DNA of 64,000 bases from Octopus vulgaris. Taxonomy: Eukaryota. Position 1 is the first letter of the stretch. Each line of letters opens with the position of its first letter. Shown piece after piece: positions 23,391 to 37,866 of this stretch. The translations under genes were made by a program, and so were the position numbers. The stretch spans positions 71,548,001 through 71,612,000 of the forward strand of contig OX597814.1 of the NCBI GenBank assembly GCA_951406725.2, in the 5' to 3' direction. The notes below the pieces were generated by a model, which was not told where the DNA came from, ran no database searches, and was given only the letters and a program-made list of their open reading frames with translations.

Positions 23391-24295
23391 CCATGGTTTT
23401 TCCAAGCTATGCTATTATGTTAATTAATAATGTGTCAATTAGCGGTGTTGTTGATAATTTTTTCGATACTCAATAATGCTGGTGACATATATTAAAAGTC
23501 CCCTTATAGAACTATATTCATAAAAAAGTATAGAACTATATTATCACCCTCAAATTTGAGAACCAAACACTCATAACTTTTTACTTTTAAAACTTCATAG
23601 CATGAGATTGATACCATGAAATTCTTCGAATTGAGCCCTATCATATAAGTTTAATCAAAATATAGTTTGTTTTTTAAAATAAAGAAGTTAATAATACTTA
23701 AATCTAATTTTTTGCTTTATATTTTTTCAAGATATTTTACCTCACAACTTTTTTGATACAAATTTTTGTTGCATGGGACCAAGACTATTAAATTCTTCAT
23801 GCTTTTCTTCTATCATTGAAGCTAAGATAGATAAATTTTGTTTTTAAAATAAAAAAAGTTATTTATATCTAAACTTGACTGGTGGCATTATTTACTCTCC
23901 AATAATGTTGCTACAAATTTTGATGTAAATTTTTTTTCTACTGGATCAAATCACAATTTTTTTATGCCAGAATGTAGCTAGGGACCAGTCTTCTTCAAAA
24001 ATATTAAGTTTTCAATTTGGTTAAGAACTGAATTAGCAACAAACTCTGAAAGATGCTGCATGTGAGTAAATTGCGGCCTTAAGAATAATATTCAACTACT
24101 GTTGTAGTTAAACGATACATACACAAACTCACATGCATTTAAATACAAACATATCATTACCATTTTACATCTGGTATGAGTAAGAGGAGTTGTAACTGCT
24201 CTCCTAATGAGTTGGAGGACTACATCTTGCTTCATGTCTTGTTTTTGGCATGTTTATTATGTAATATTTTTATGTAATATTTTTAAAGAAAAAAA

Positions 24296-24345
24296 CCCAT
24301 GCTAGCTTGGAAAGCGGACGTTAAACGATGATGATGTTGATGATG
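24296..24345 (+). mobile_element. Isolated RTE 3' tail
   Basis: CCCATGCTAGCTTGGAAAGCGGACGTTAAACGATGATGATG. Confidence 0.7.
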
Positions 24346-25139
24346 AAAATGAGTTGACAAACAGGTGAGGAATACATGCATTATACTGAAGTAACAAAGG
24401 CAGCAAAAAATTAAGAGAGTTAAATAGTTACTTCCAGAGTAATCTGTATCACTAAAAAATCCAAGTTATCAGTTTTGCTGTTTAATATGATCAAAGGATC
24501 TTGTCAAATGTTTTTAAACAGCAAAACTATGATGAAATGAAAATGTACAGAGGGAAAAAAAATAGGAGGGGCATCCAGGTGTAAAACAATGCCTTAGATA
24601 ATATTTTCATCTAACCCATGTTAGAATGGAAAAATAGACATAAATCACACATGTCCTTGTTTTATGCTATACTGGCTTTGCATGTTTTCACTTAAACAGT
24701 TTTGGTTGTGGCCAATTTTTTTTTTTACCTTATGATTAATCAATGAGTCCAAAATATATTGAGTATCCTCAAGAAGATTCATAACTTAAATAATAATAGT
24801 GTCATCATGATCAGTTTTATTTTCCAATAACAATTGTTTTCATTATCTTTCAAAATTTTTCTTTGATTGAAGACCTCCTAATAGTACACATGTCAATCAT
24901 ATATATTATCTCCATTTCAATAACTAATTCTTTTAATTTTCCATGATTTATTCAGTTTTCATTTGTACGGTGACTCGTGGAACCAATCTACTGTTTAACC
25001 AAGGAACGCTTGCACATTCAATGGCATAACAGCCAAGTTTGTGGAGGAATACCAATATGTAAAAGGAAAAGTATTGTAACAACCACTCTACAAAATACAA
25101 GTAACATTATTAGGTTAGTGTGTTGAGAATTTTCAGATA

Positions 25140-26038
25140 AGAGCGGTTACCCAAAAGAAACCAGAATTTTGAAATATTATTTTTATTCACTTAGTTTTAC
25201 ATGTTTACACTTTTACCACCTTCAAAGTATTCTCCATTTGAAGCAATGCATTGGTCCAGACACACTCTCCAATGTTGGAATTAGTGCTGGAACTCTTGTC
25301 AAGTGATACCTTTTAATGCCTCTGTCAATTTTTCCTTTATCTCTTCCACATCTGCAAATTCCATAGCACCAGCTTTCATCACCAGTGATGACTTCAAAAA
25401 AAGGTCAACTTCCAACTCTTCTTTCAGTTCATGACACACATTTAGTCGTGACTGCTTTTGATCTTCCCAGAGCAAGTGAGGCACAAATTTTGCTGCAACT
25501 CTTTTCCTTCACAACTCCTTGCTCAAAATTCATTGGTAGGAGCTCTAGGACACATCAGTTCTATCAACAAGTCAGTAAATTGTTCAGTGATGGTCCTCTA
25601 AGATCAGTTCATGAATTTTCATGATGTTTTCATTCATTCAGGAGGTTGACAGTTACCCTGAACAAAGTTGGTCCTCAAGCAACAAGTGACCATTCTTAAA
25701 GTGTGAAAACCACTCATTAACTTGTGTTTTGCTCATGGCAGCAGCCTTGTAAGCTGTTTGAAGCATGACAACTGCTTCAGCCATTGTTTTCCCAAGTAGA
25801 AAAAAGAATTTCACAGGAGCATGCTGTTCCTTTATTTCCACCATTGCAAAAATCGACAAACAGGGAAGAAGCGCTGCAAAACAAAGATGCACCACATAGC
25901 AGTATGACCGCACTGGACAATGCTGGTTGACAGTCTGATGTCAGAGGGTCGCATCAAGTGGTTTCTAGCAGCAGAAGCCTGAACTACAATAGGCTTGTCC
26001 CACAGAGAACGTTTCTGATTACTTTTGGGTGAAAGATC
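25140..26038 (-). mobile_element. Decayed mariner (Tc1/mariner) element
   Basis: Remnant TIRs ACCCAAAAGAAACCAGAA (~25149-25166) and TTCTGATTACTTTTGGGT (~26013-26030); minus-strand remnants EQHAPVKFFFLLGKTMAEAVVMLQTAYK..SKTQVNEWFSHFKNG..LED..SG (HTH), PHLLWEDQKQSRLNVC (WVPHxL region), and a C-terminal CIASNGEYFEG. Confidence 0.8.
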
Positions 26039-27183
26039 ACAATATTAGAGCAACAGAACAAGTTTCAAATCGCAGCAAACAACTGAGCTTTTAGCAAGAG
26101 CATACTTAAGAAAAATCAACTTCCTGTTTTAATGCAGGGTATTACAGCTTAAATGGCACAAATTACTAATATGATAATAAAACTCTTATACCGTTTTTAT
26201 GTCTTTATTTTGATTCTTGGTTGAAAGTTAATAGTTTATGCTGCAACTGAAATATATTTCAGAGCTCCATTCATAATCAGTGTATGTGTGTGCTTTCATA
26301 TAAATCTTTAATCATTATGGTTGATAATTAAACCAACTAAAAGCACATGCTCAAATGCATACAAGAGTTGAAATCATTAGGCATAATATTACTAACGATT
26401 ATAGCTATAGCTGTGTGTCAATTTTACATATTTAAATATAGGGAGTCATATTGAGACGAGAACTGTGATCCCTCAGTACACTAATGGAATTTAATGATAA
26501 TATCATACATGCCTCTCTTTGATCCTATATAGCTTTCAATTTGGTTCCTTATCAATTATGGAAACCTCATTTAATAATGCTTGCTGATATCTATCATCAC
26601 TTAATGTGCATGTATCTGTTACACCTAATTTTAAAGTCTCATCCTGTATCATTGCCTTATGATGTTCTTAAGTAAAATTATCGATAGAACTGCTAATTTT
26701 CATGCTATATGTTGCTCGCTTCCAATTTAATGAGGTGCCATAGAAACAGTTCACTGAGATGGCAGACAAATTAAAAGGAAATGTAAGAGAAGAGAGAAAA
26801 TACTGCAACAAAGAAAGGAAAGTGGGCAAATACAAACAGTAGTGGAAAAGAAAACAATGTGCACTGAATAGGAATTAAGACCATATGAAAGCAGAGGAGA
26901 CAAGATATGGCCATATAATGCAGCAAAGGAGAGAAGACATGAGGAGGAAAGAAATCAAATGAAGTTAAAAGTTAAAATATTCAAATCACCATCCAAATTA
27001 TTGATATAGTGATGTAAACTGTTTTGGCATATATATTTAACAGTATCCTATCTTGATGTGAAGTGAATTTTTAAAATTATGCTAAATCATATAAGAATTT
27101 AGTTCAAGTATATATAAATATATGTGTGTATACATATGTGTGCATATGTATGTAAATGTGCATATGTATGTGTGTGCATGTAT

Positions 27184-27550
27184 ATCATCATCATTTAATA
27201 TTCACTTTCCTATGCTTGTATGGGTCAGATAGAATTTAAGGCAGATTTTCTACAGCTGGATGCCCTTTTTTGTCAACAACCCAAGGCTGTTTCTAAGCAT
27301 GGTAATATTTTCCCCATGGTTAGACATGCTTTTTTTACAGAAGACTGGAAACAAATAATATTGCTTGTATGGCCATCATGTGATGTCTACACAAGGGTAC
27401 ACACACACACATTCAGTTTCCATCCACCAAATCCACTCACAGGGATTTGGTCAGCTCAGGATAATAGTTCAAACCCACTGTGAATTTCTGTGTAGGACTG
27501 AACCCCAGATCACATGGTTGGGAAGCAAGCTTTTTAACTGCACAGTCACA
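27184..27550 (-). mobile_element. Decayed SINE with tRNA-like head and RTE-type (GAT)n tail
   Basis: Head-like reverse complement ~27405-27550 (GGTTCAGTCC B-box, GGATTTGGTGGATGGAAAC); RTE tail-like GCATCCAGCTGTAGAAA...TTAAATGATGATGAT at 27184-27290. Confidence 0.6.
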
Positions 27551-30500
27551 CATGTGCCTGTACATATATGTACATAGCATTATATATAGAAGTCAAAAAC
27601 ACAGTTCTAATGTTATTTAGACCAGAAATAAATCTAGTTCTGCAAATATATTTGGACAGGAAAAAATCAAATTTTAATATCCATTCTTACATCTAATTTC
27701 CTGCAGTAATAGGGTTGATTGGGTCTGCCTCTACTTCTTCTTTATCTCTCTCCCTCCCATTTTCCATCTGGACTTAGTTGTTTCCTTTATCTTTTCCAAC
27801 TGATCTTTCATTAGCCCTGACAAACTGATTGTTTCAGGTTAAAGCTCAAGTTAATGACAACACATAATCAGAAAAAAGATTACTGCAATCTCGAATCTCA
27901 TAAAAGTCCCAGATCCATTCAGGCTTTGTAAATTTGACCTAAAATCTTAAACATACACAAACTGGTAATGAATTGATAAATATCAATAAAACATCAGCTT
28001 TCACCACACAAGCAGTTAGAATCTACTATATTTAACATTTACATCAAGACTAAACATATTTATAACTACATAATAGATTATTTTGTATCCTGTGTGGTAA
28101 ATAGAGTTTACAGAAATCTGAAATCCTGACAGTTTGCATTCTAGACCAAGTGTTTTCATCAACTGCAGCAAGATTTATTATGTTTACATACAAATATTGC
28201 ACACAGTACAAGATACAATGACTCTTTCATTTATCATTCCAATATCTTTCCTTCCAAGTAATTTTTTGACATTCAATGAATAATAATTATTTTAGTACTA
28301 TTTAACTATTTCCAGAAAAGAATAGATTTTATCCATCGATATTCCAATGTTCATTTTTTTTTTTAACATACTTCTAACATGAATAGTTATTATGCTTGAT
28401 TGTAAAAAGTTTGGCCAAGTCTCCATGTCTGTGATAATGTTGCAGTCATCTTTCTAGATGAAGTTTCAAGCTCCTAGCTCTAATTGATGAATGATACATC
28501 AAATGGTTTTCTACTTCCCTTAAATCACTTGTCATAAGAAAGCATCTGATCTACAATAACAGAATGAGCTCAGCCAGTTCATTTGAAGTAAGGTTTTATT
28601 ATGTGGTCATGACAAATGATATCTTTGGCAGACATTCTTAGCATTACATAAATATTTTTTTGTATAAACAATCTTAATTATACACAAATAACTTGAAGCA
28701 AAATAATTTATTCACATTATTTTACCTGATGATGATGATGATAACAACAATAATAACCAGTATGATCATTTTTGTCAAGTCTGTCTCTCTGTCGCACAAT
28801 TTCTAGCTTGGTTTGCACCTCTTCTCCTCTCTCACTTTCTCCTTCATTATGTATGTATGTATGTATGCATGTACGTACATACGTATGCATGTATGTACAC
28901 ACACCCACACTCTCTCAATGCAGTGACAGCGTTTTTCATGTAACTGCTTCCCTAATACACTCCTACCTCTCTCTCTCACTTTGTATTTATGCATTTATGG
29001 ATGTGTGTATGTGTACACAGGGCACACACAATTACTTCTCAACATTATCTAAGCAATTTTTGGCTTTAAATTTCACTTAAAGTAAACCAAAGAATAAACA
29101 TTTGTTCTTTACTTTGAAACCTTAATAAGTTTCTTTCTTCACAATAAGAAAGTCCATGTGTCTATGTACCTACCTATATATATCTACTTATCTATCTACC
29201 TATTTATCTGTCTACCTGTCAGTCTATCCATTAGTCTATATGTCTGTCTGCCTGTCTGTCAGCCTACCTATTTAATCTATCTGCCAATCTATCTGTCTGT
29301 TTTTACCTCAAGAGGATCACACAAGTATCTCAATCAGGAAAATGTTAAATTCACTATAAATATTGTATACACAGTGGTGTAGCTAGAGTGTGTACTAACC
29401 AGGGCAGTCCTTGAGTTTTGCTGCCAATGTTCCTTGCCTTTTCTACAGACTTTTACAGCAGACTCCATGTTCCCCATCCCCATGCTATTTTACACAAACA
29501 CTGATTGTCAAAATTTTATATAATATTGTATATAAACATTTTAAAAACCTTTAAAAAACTAAAATGTATATTGATCTGTTAAATGTTTCTTATATTTCAA
29601 TTATGTTTTACCTTCTTTTACATAATTATTTGTTGAAAGCATACCTATATTACAATGAAACAAAATATTTCTTATTCTAGGCATAAGACAACAGGTCATA
29701 TGGATGTAGTAGTAGTAGCAGCAGCAGCAATAGTAGTAGTAGCAGTGGTAGTAGTCTTTATTAACAACTCATTTTAGACATTTAGAAATTTACATTCATA
29801 TCTAACTGGATTATATTGTACCTCCTCTATTCCATCTTTAAAATATCATAGACAAATCAAAATCCTTGAAATTTAGTCTTATACAACAGGTCTTTTAAAG
29901 CTACACTGAAATTGTTGGTGTTCCTTCATAAAATTGCTCTAATTATTTAATCCTTCATGCAGTACTCATATGATGTTATCATATGTGTTCTCAGTATAAT
30001 CTTGAAAAGCATGTAAGGATGATTATTACACAAATGATAGCTTTAATAGGTTTGTTGTACTTCAAATCATAATGAATGATCACACCAAAATTTTTCTAAT
30101 CGTCAAATGTTTCCAAATGTTAAGCAGAATTGCCAGATTAGAATACAAATAGTGGATCACACCACTTTTTAGAACTGCCTCCATATCATTTAATTTGAGC
30201 CACAGGCTACTTTAGAATTTCAATTAATTCAAAAAAAATTTTTAAATAAGAATTGAATTCGATAACACATTAAATTATTCTCTATGTAAATTAGAACTGA
30301 CCTAATGTAATAATCCTTATAAGTATACTTCTCTTTTAGGTTACCTTCTAATACTGCTTTCTGAAAATATTTGTTGCTTTTTTATGAAACTGACACTCAA
30401 CAATATGTACAAAATATCTAATATGTACAAAATATGTACAAAATAATGTATAAAATATCTATAAAATCAAACACAAATACTCACTTAGACATTCAACTCG

Positions 30501-30916
30501 ATCCAAATACCCGAACAAGATAAAAGCAAATAGTAAATTTACTCAGTTACTTTGTGAAAGTGTTATTTTAGCTCTTCTAAGAACATACAAAACTATATTT
30601 GATTTTCATTTATTTCTTAATGTTAGAATCAATCTATAATGAAGTGTCAAAATGTTTTGTCATGCTTGTGTGATGTGTCTCTTAACACAGTTTGTTGCAA
30701 CTGTGTCACTGATCATGTTGAAAAAGTGACAAAACTTGACACTTTCTAAAAGATTGTACTATTAAAAATAGTACAATATTTTAATATACATTCACAAATT
30801 AAGTAACTTGCCAAACAAGTCAACTGACTACAGTTTCTTCATACAAAACAGAAAGTGTTTAATCTTTCATCAAAATAGATAAGTAAATAAACTAGTGATT
30901 GGGAAATGACCTACAT

Positions 30917-31823
30917 ATCATCATCATCGTTTAACGTCCGCTTTCCATGTTAGCATGGGTTGGACGGTTCAACTGGGGTCTGGCAAGCCCGAAGGCTGCA
31001 CCAGGCCAGTCAGATCTGGCAGTGTTTCTACAGCTGGATGCCCTTCCTAACGCCAACCACTCCGAGAGTGTAGTGGGTGATTTTATGTGCCACCGACACA
31101 GGTGCCAGACGAGGCTGGCAGACGGCCACGCTCGGATGGTGTTTTTTATGTGCCACCGACACAGGTGCCAGACGGGGCTGGCGGACGGCCACGCTCGGAT
31201 GGTGTTTGTTACGTGCCCTCAGCACGGAGGCCAGTCGTTGCGGTACTGGCTACGATCACGTTCGGATGGTTTTCTTATGTGCCACCGGCACTGGTTTCAC
31301 AAGGATACAAATTCCATTGATGTTCATCTATTTTGATTTGGTTCGATTTGATTTGATTTGATTCGATTCGATTCTCACTTGCCTCAACAGGTCTTCACAA
31401 GTGTCACAAGAAGGAAGGTATGCACAGGTGGACTGACTACGTCCCAGGTAGGGGCCACGGATTATGGCTTCACTAGTCTTGCCGGGTCTTCTCACGCACA
31501 GCATACTTCCATAGGTCTCGGTCTCTAGTCATTTCCATGGTGAGACCTAACGTCCGAAGGTCGTGCTTCACCACTTCGTCCCAGGTTTTCCTGGGTCTAC
31601 CTCTTCCACGGGTTCCCTCAACTGCTAGGGATTGGCACTTTCTCACACACCTATCTTCATCCATTCTCGCCACATGGCCATACCAGCGCAATCGTCTCTC
31701 TTGCACACAACAACTGATGCTTCTTAGGTACAACATTTCTCTCAAGGTACTAACGCTCTGTCGAGTAAGTACACTGACATTACACATCCATCGGAGCATA
31801 CTGGCTTCGTTCCTCACGAGCTT
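30917..31823 (-). mobile_element. RTE LINE 3' fragment, relatively young
   Basis: RNEASMLRWMCNV..RRLRWYGHVARM..GRGRPRKTW ORF 31473-31817; 3' UTR with ~62-bp tandem units and (ATTTG/ATTCG)n; tail GGAAAGCGGACGTTAAACGATGATGATGAT. Confidence 0.92.
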
Positions 31824-32091
31824 AACTTAAATCTAAAGGTCAAAATTGAATAAAATATGGGACCATTATTACATATATGATAGAGTACATTTAATGAGAA
31901 AGGAAGATGAAACAAGATAGAAAGAAAAGAAAAGAGACAATAGAAGAAAAGGAAAGAAAAGAAGTTTTCTGGTTCTCAGGTTATATATCTAAATGGAATA
32001 ATTTCTTCAAAACACTACTCAAATGATTTTAAATGCAATTTAACAAATAAAATTGATTTCTTCAGCCTAGGAGTTACACCAAACTTTAAAG

Positions 32092-32273
32092 CAGTGGTTT
32101 CAGAAACATAGACCTCCTTCTGAAGCAAATTCAAAGCAACTATATTTCACAAATAAAACTTAACCTAATGAACTCATTATTTTGTTGTTTTTACATGAAT
32201 TGCTACCTCATTATCACCCACTTTTCTTCAACATGCCCTTGGAACTTTCCACTGCCCATTTTGGGAACCACTG
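32092..32273. mobile_element. hAT (Charlie-like) MITE
   Basis: Termini CAGTGGTTTC and GGAACCACTG; 8-bp flanks CTTTAAAG (32084-32091) and CTTTTAAG (32274-32281), 7/8 identical. Confidence 0.7.
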
Positions 32274-35200
32274 CTTTTAAGTCTAGTTGATTGAAACAAT
32301 CAGTGTATTAATAGATTATTACTTGTGAATATTTTATAAGCTTCTCAGAGACTGAAAGCCAAGTTAATTGTAACAGGAATTATGCTCTCCTCTTGACTCA
32401 AGATTATTTAAAAATTTTCAACTTCAGTATATCTGACACAGAAATTTGATATAACATCAAAGAGATTTAAATAAAACAAATGGTAATTGATAAGACAGAA
32501 CACAGACAGAGACAATCATTAAGTTATGATATATGTGAAGACAAAAAGTTGTACTATCATCTCTTCTATCTGTATTCTGCCAATTATATTACAATAGTAA
32601 TGACTTCATGCCATTGGTAGTGCAGAGCCCTGTACTAGTTTTCTCTGGAAGCTTGACAGCATATTTTGATAGATAAAATTTCTTCACCTTGACCTTTTAG
32701 CAATGCGTTACTGTCTTCTAGGAACCAAAGATATCTATCTCAAGACACTTCCATCAAAGTGTCCTTACTGTCCTGAAGTACACACAAGCACACAGACTAA
32801 TGTCTATACACTCCAAGCAAGGAATTTGACTTTTTAAATTCGTAAACTTGCATATCTCATTGATCAGACAAAGATAAGCAAAAAGACTAACAAATAAAAG
32901 AAATAATAACAAGAAAATATCAAAAGATTGATATGGTAAAAAATTTACAAAATATGGAAGGCAGAAAAGTAATCAATAAACTGAACACACTTTTGTGTAT
33001 TTGTATGTAAACAAATATATTTTTATGTACACATACGTATATATACTCATGCCCTGAGTTCTATTTGTATAAGCAAGCTTATATATAGACATATAAATTA
33101 ATGAAAGGTTGATATATAAATACTGACAGACATATACATATGCATGCACATATTTATACACATCTGCAGACAAAAATGAATCCGTCCATGTATGTGCAGA
33201 ATACAATTTTATTTCCTTCAGCTGGAGGGAAATAGTTAAGCAGTAAACACAGATTACCGTTGGTATTTCTATGCAATTATTAGTAGATGCATAAATACTG
33301 TATTTTTAGGGTTGTTTTTTTTCTCTCTTTACATAATTAAATGAAATGAAAATAACAGGAATCACTATATGATGTTGATTGTTATATATAGTTACAAATA
33401 CCAACCATGGAAGTCACAAAAATATTAAATTGAAAAACAAAATTGAAGATAGGAAATTAGTAATCTTTAGAAACTGATGATTTGGAAGATGAATAGACTC
33501 AAACTAATGACTTTCAAGAAAAACCTTACATGAAGACAATACTTTTGAACTTTTAATCTATGGCTTTGACAGCAAATTGAAATTTTCAGAGAACAGCTGC
33601 AATTTGGTAGCTATCAAAGCAGAAAATTTTAAATCTTAACGCATAATGAAAATGACTGAAATTATGTTATAAGTAGTAATTATCAAGATTTAACTTCAAC
33701 ACTGATTTTTATTGAAATGCCAAAATAAACAGTTGTAACCCTATTGTGACCACATTTCTGATAAAAATATTTATTGTATTTCAGTTAATTTTGTAAATAA
33801 TCAAAAATTTTGATAAAATAGCAGTTTCACATAAGGTATACTAAACTGGTGTCTGGAACACAAAGGTTCTTTCATAAAATTTTGTGCAACAATGGAAACA
33901 CTTTAAAACAGATATTTTGTATCAAAATGATTAAGGAACTCAGGTTTCATTTAGATCTATATTTTACTTCTCATGAAAAAGTACTTAAACCAGATGATAT
34001 TGAGCTTCTTTCCATCAGGATACATATCCACTTGTGAAGTTGAGTTTTTCTCTTTTCAAATGGTCTGCTAATTATTTGGCTCTCAAACAAGGTTAATCCT
34101 GATAAAAGAATGTCTCTGGATTTGACATTGGTGAAACACTGGAATAATGATTCACTCATTTTTCTGGATTTTTGCCTTTTTGTTTTTGTTTGGACTGGCA
34201 TATCAAGATGATACAAAATCAATTTTCCTTTGCTCAGGACTGGTCTGAGATTTCAGATAGAGTAGTCTCCAATTTCTTTGCTACATAGAAATCCAACAAT
34301 TACATATCGTTTTAAGGTCCCACAAATATCCTGGTATTTTCATGCAATTACAAAGTTTGTTCTGTTTTTCTTTTCTTTTTGACTGCTGAAAAGTAACCCT
34401 CATTCTAGTTCAATGTGCTGGAGCACTATAACTTGAGTTGTGTTGAAAATCAGAGTGTTGAAGAGGAATGTTTTTGCTTTGTTTTAATATAAAAATTGAT
34501 GGGGATAGGTGAGATGATTATTATGAAATATAAAAGTTATAATTTTATTCTTAATTTTCACTTAGAAAAGAGCATATTTTCTTCAAGATTTTTATATTAT
34601 AACAAAAAAATTTTCTCGTGAATTCAATATGGTTATTCCTGATTCTGGCCACAATATGGCGAAAAAATGTAAAGTTAGTAAAGAGGGTGGTCTACTGATG
34701 CTACTTGCCTGACTGATGTATTCATGCATGGTGAAAGATCAAGCAGTATATGAATCCAAGGAGTTGAATATTGAGTTTGAGCCAGAATTTCAAAAAATGG
34801 ACAAACTAATCACCAAGGAAACATATTTCTACAAAAAAAAAAAAAAATGCTCTAAATTGAGCCCAAACTTAGTATGAAATTGTTGTATTGAGAATGTTGT
34901 TTATTTCCCCTTGCTATTTTAACAACAATGTGTGGAAAGCCGCTAGGTAAACCTAGCAGATATATTGAAAATTTACAAAAAAAACAAAAGATGAAGACAG
35001 GTGTGTGAACAACAAACAGATGTATTAGTTTAATGCTCAGGAAGTGAGAAATTCTTTTACGCTTCGAGCCTATGCTCTTTGATAGAAAGAAACCCAAAAA
35101 TAAACAGGGAGAGAAAATAGAAAAAGGTTTAGTGGCTAACAATCTATCATGGCAAATGCTGTACAGAGTCACACAGGTGAGCTAGGAAGAAAAGGAGATA

Positions 35201-37500
35201 ATAAAGTAGTGGTGATCCCAAAATGAAGGTGCTTGTGCGTGTGTATGTGAGAGCATGTATGTGCCTGTGGAAGGGGGCTGGGGACATTGACGTGTGCATT
35301 TGTAAGTGTGTGGATAATGGTGTAGGTGCTGGGAAGTGGTTAGTGCTAGTGTGTGCGGGGTGGTGTGATGTGCTGTGGTGGTGGGTTGGAATGTGTAGGA
35401 GTAGGGTAATAAGGGGGGGGTGATGATGAAGGGAGAGGGTGGAAGGGAGAAGGTGGGTAGAAGTGAAGAGAGGAAGTAGATATACTAGTGTAAATTTAAT
35501 TTTTTTTTTTATTAGAGAAATATTGGCCAAATTTCACCAATAAAAATTATATTGCGCAATGAATATAATTTTGTAGACTATTAAAATCAGGTGTGATGTT
35601 TGTATTTTTCCCTGATTTTAAATACAGTCAGTAGCATGTACATATTTGTTTTTGTTTTTTCTCTCCTCTCTCTCTTACTTAATGAATTTGCTGTAAGTTA
35701 CAGATGTTTTAAATGTCTTTAATTTATGCTTTTTAATGCTTAAAGCAAGGAATTAATTTTCACATATTGTTTGTTTTTTAATCTAGGTGTACATGCAATT
35801 CTGAGAAAAGTACCAGGTGGTCGTGGGACGGGCTAGTAACAAGAGTTAGATCTCCCTTAAATAACACACCTTTTCATTTGAAAATATTTTCAAAAATTTT
35901 TTATTCATTTTTAACCAAAAAGGGTTCTCCCATAATTTTTAAGTGTGTACTGTGAAAGAAAAAAAAAATTGGCCAAAATTGGTCCAGAGGGAAGTGGGTG
36001 GGAGAAAATCACAAATTTTCAAAAAAATTTTTCATGAAAAGATTACTCCCATTATTTTCAAGATCATGAGCCAAAGTAAAATTTTAAAAAGTAAGAAAAA
36101 GTCCCAGTCAAAACGGAGAAAATTCAACATATTCTGATCTGAAACTGCCATTTTTAATATTCCATTAAATTTTTATTGCATTTATGTCATACCCCAAAAT
36201 CTCAGGTGTTATTTAGTTCTATACCTACAACAAATAAGCAAAATTGACTGTGACATGTAACAAAATAGACTCTATATAAATATTTTAAAAATTACCAAAA
36301 TAAAGTTTTCAAGAACCTGAAAAAAAAAGGCAACCACTATCCCATGGTCACTATTAGTTTATGTAATTTGAAGATGATTATCACCTCAGTTTCAAAGATA
36401 TGACATCACAAACATGGCTAATTATTCATTTAAACCAATCAGGTATGATTTCCACCAATTCACTGACCATTCAAATTGTCATATTTCTTCAAATATTCAC
36501 CCAAATTTCACAAATGAGATATCAAAATGTTTTTCTTTTAATGCTCTCCAAGAAAAGATACAGTAAAGATTACTTTTAAACATTTTCAAAAATTCATACT
36601 GATACCTACTCCAAGCTCATTAACGTTAAGTTCAGTACTCTACAAAACAACAACTGTGAACACGATTTAATCACCTTCCACTCTGTTCAATCTACTTTTT
36701 AAATGATAATGGCAATTGCTTATAGGATTTTTCTTTAATATTCTTCAACCAGATTTCACACTTCTCAGCAATGTCCTCCACACATTTTGAATAACTGAAT
36801 AACAACTAGAGTTATACTGATTAGGGAACACTTAATTAGATCAATCACAAGACATAGTAGGGGGGTAAAAAAAAACAACTTCCATTCACTGCTTAAATAT
36901 TAAAGTTCTGTATCACAAGTAAATGCAGTTCTTGCCAAATTTTCAACTGAAATTCAAATAGTTTGGCAGTAGAGATAAAAAAAACAGGAACTAAGCACTC
37001 TTCTGTGTGAAAAACATGTTTAACCTCTTCTTAGAAAGAATTTCCTGTATACACAATGTCATTTTTTTTTTTTGGCAATTTATCTGTAAATTTCTTCAGA
37101 TTTGTTTTCCTTCACTGTTTTAAGCACCATGGCAAGTAATACCACAGTGATTTAAAATATAGAGAAATTATTTATTTATGATTTAACTTGAGAAACAGAG
37201 CTTAGATTTGAGGAAATAATGAAATGATATTCTATCTGTATACACTAGTGTAGAGTTTATATTAGGAAGTAGAATGGAGTGGAATGACCACATCATTTAA
37301 TGTTGCATTAATGCTTTTGCTAATGAATGGCAAAGATTAAAAGGAACCATTAATTTACTGATATATTTTAAATGTAGTATTTTTAAGGTTGTTTCAACAG
37401 ATATTCTATACAAACTATAGCCAGCAATGATTTTTGCTACAACATTTTGTATTGAGAAATCAGATGTAAACAAGCAATGCGATTGGAGACAAAAGTGGGT

Positions 37501-37554
37501 AATGAATGTATATGCCATATTTCTGGGGTTGTTGCCCCTTCATCAGCACCCATC
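37501..37554 (-). ncRNA. Type-I hammerhead-ribozyme-like motif (left arm)
   Basis: GAUGGGUG CUGAUGA A GGGG-CAACAA-CCCC A GAA A UAUG-G-CAUA U A / CAUUCAUU. Stem I pairs (with G.U), the core is intact, helix III is near-palindromic and the predicted site is AUA; there is an A.A opposition at the base of stem II. Confidence 0.55.
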
Positions 37555-37812
37555 TAACCCCCTTCTGTCTCCAAACACATTGCTTATATAGCCACTGCAT
37601 ACAGTGGTGTTAAGTTATTGGCTGTACCAATTTACATATTACACACATTCCTGGAACTGGTAGGCTTGTAGGTACGTTGCACTTTGTTATGCAAACACAC
37701 TATACTATGAAATATACAAAATGTTTTTATAAGTCAGTACCACGTCCAATAACTTAACACTGCTGTATGTGGTGGCTATATAAGCAGTGTGTTCGGAGAC
37801 AGAAGTGGGTTA

Positions 37813-37866
37813 GATGGGTGCTGATGAAGGAGCAACAACCCCCAAAATATGGCATATACACTCATT
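37813..37866 (+). ncRNA. Degenerate hammerhead-like motif (right arm)
   Basis: GAUGGGUG CUGAUGA AGGAGCAACAACCCCC AAAA UAUGGCAUAUA CACUCAUU; G12 is lost and stem II is weakened, so probably inactive. Confidence 0.4.

Noticed and set aside
28372-28550. Possible host exon on the minus strand (TTGTAG acceptor, GTATGT donor)
   Set aside because: Stops in all three frames. A non-coding exon cannot be excluded without RNA-seq, but nothing supports it.
32600-34390. Two higher-complexity stretches (~32600-32780 and ~33970-34390) with acceptor-like TTCAG on the minus strand
   Set aside because: All frames close quickly and no protein motif was recognised, so they cannot be called exons.
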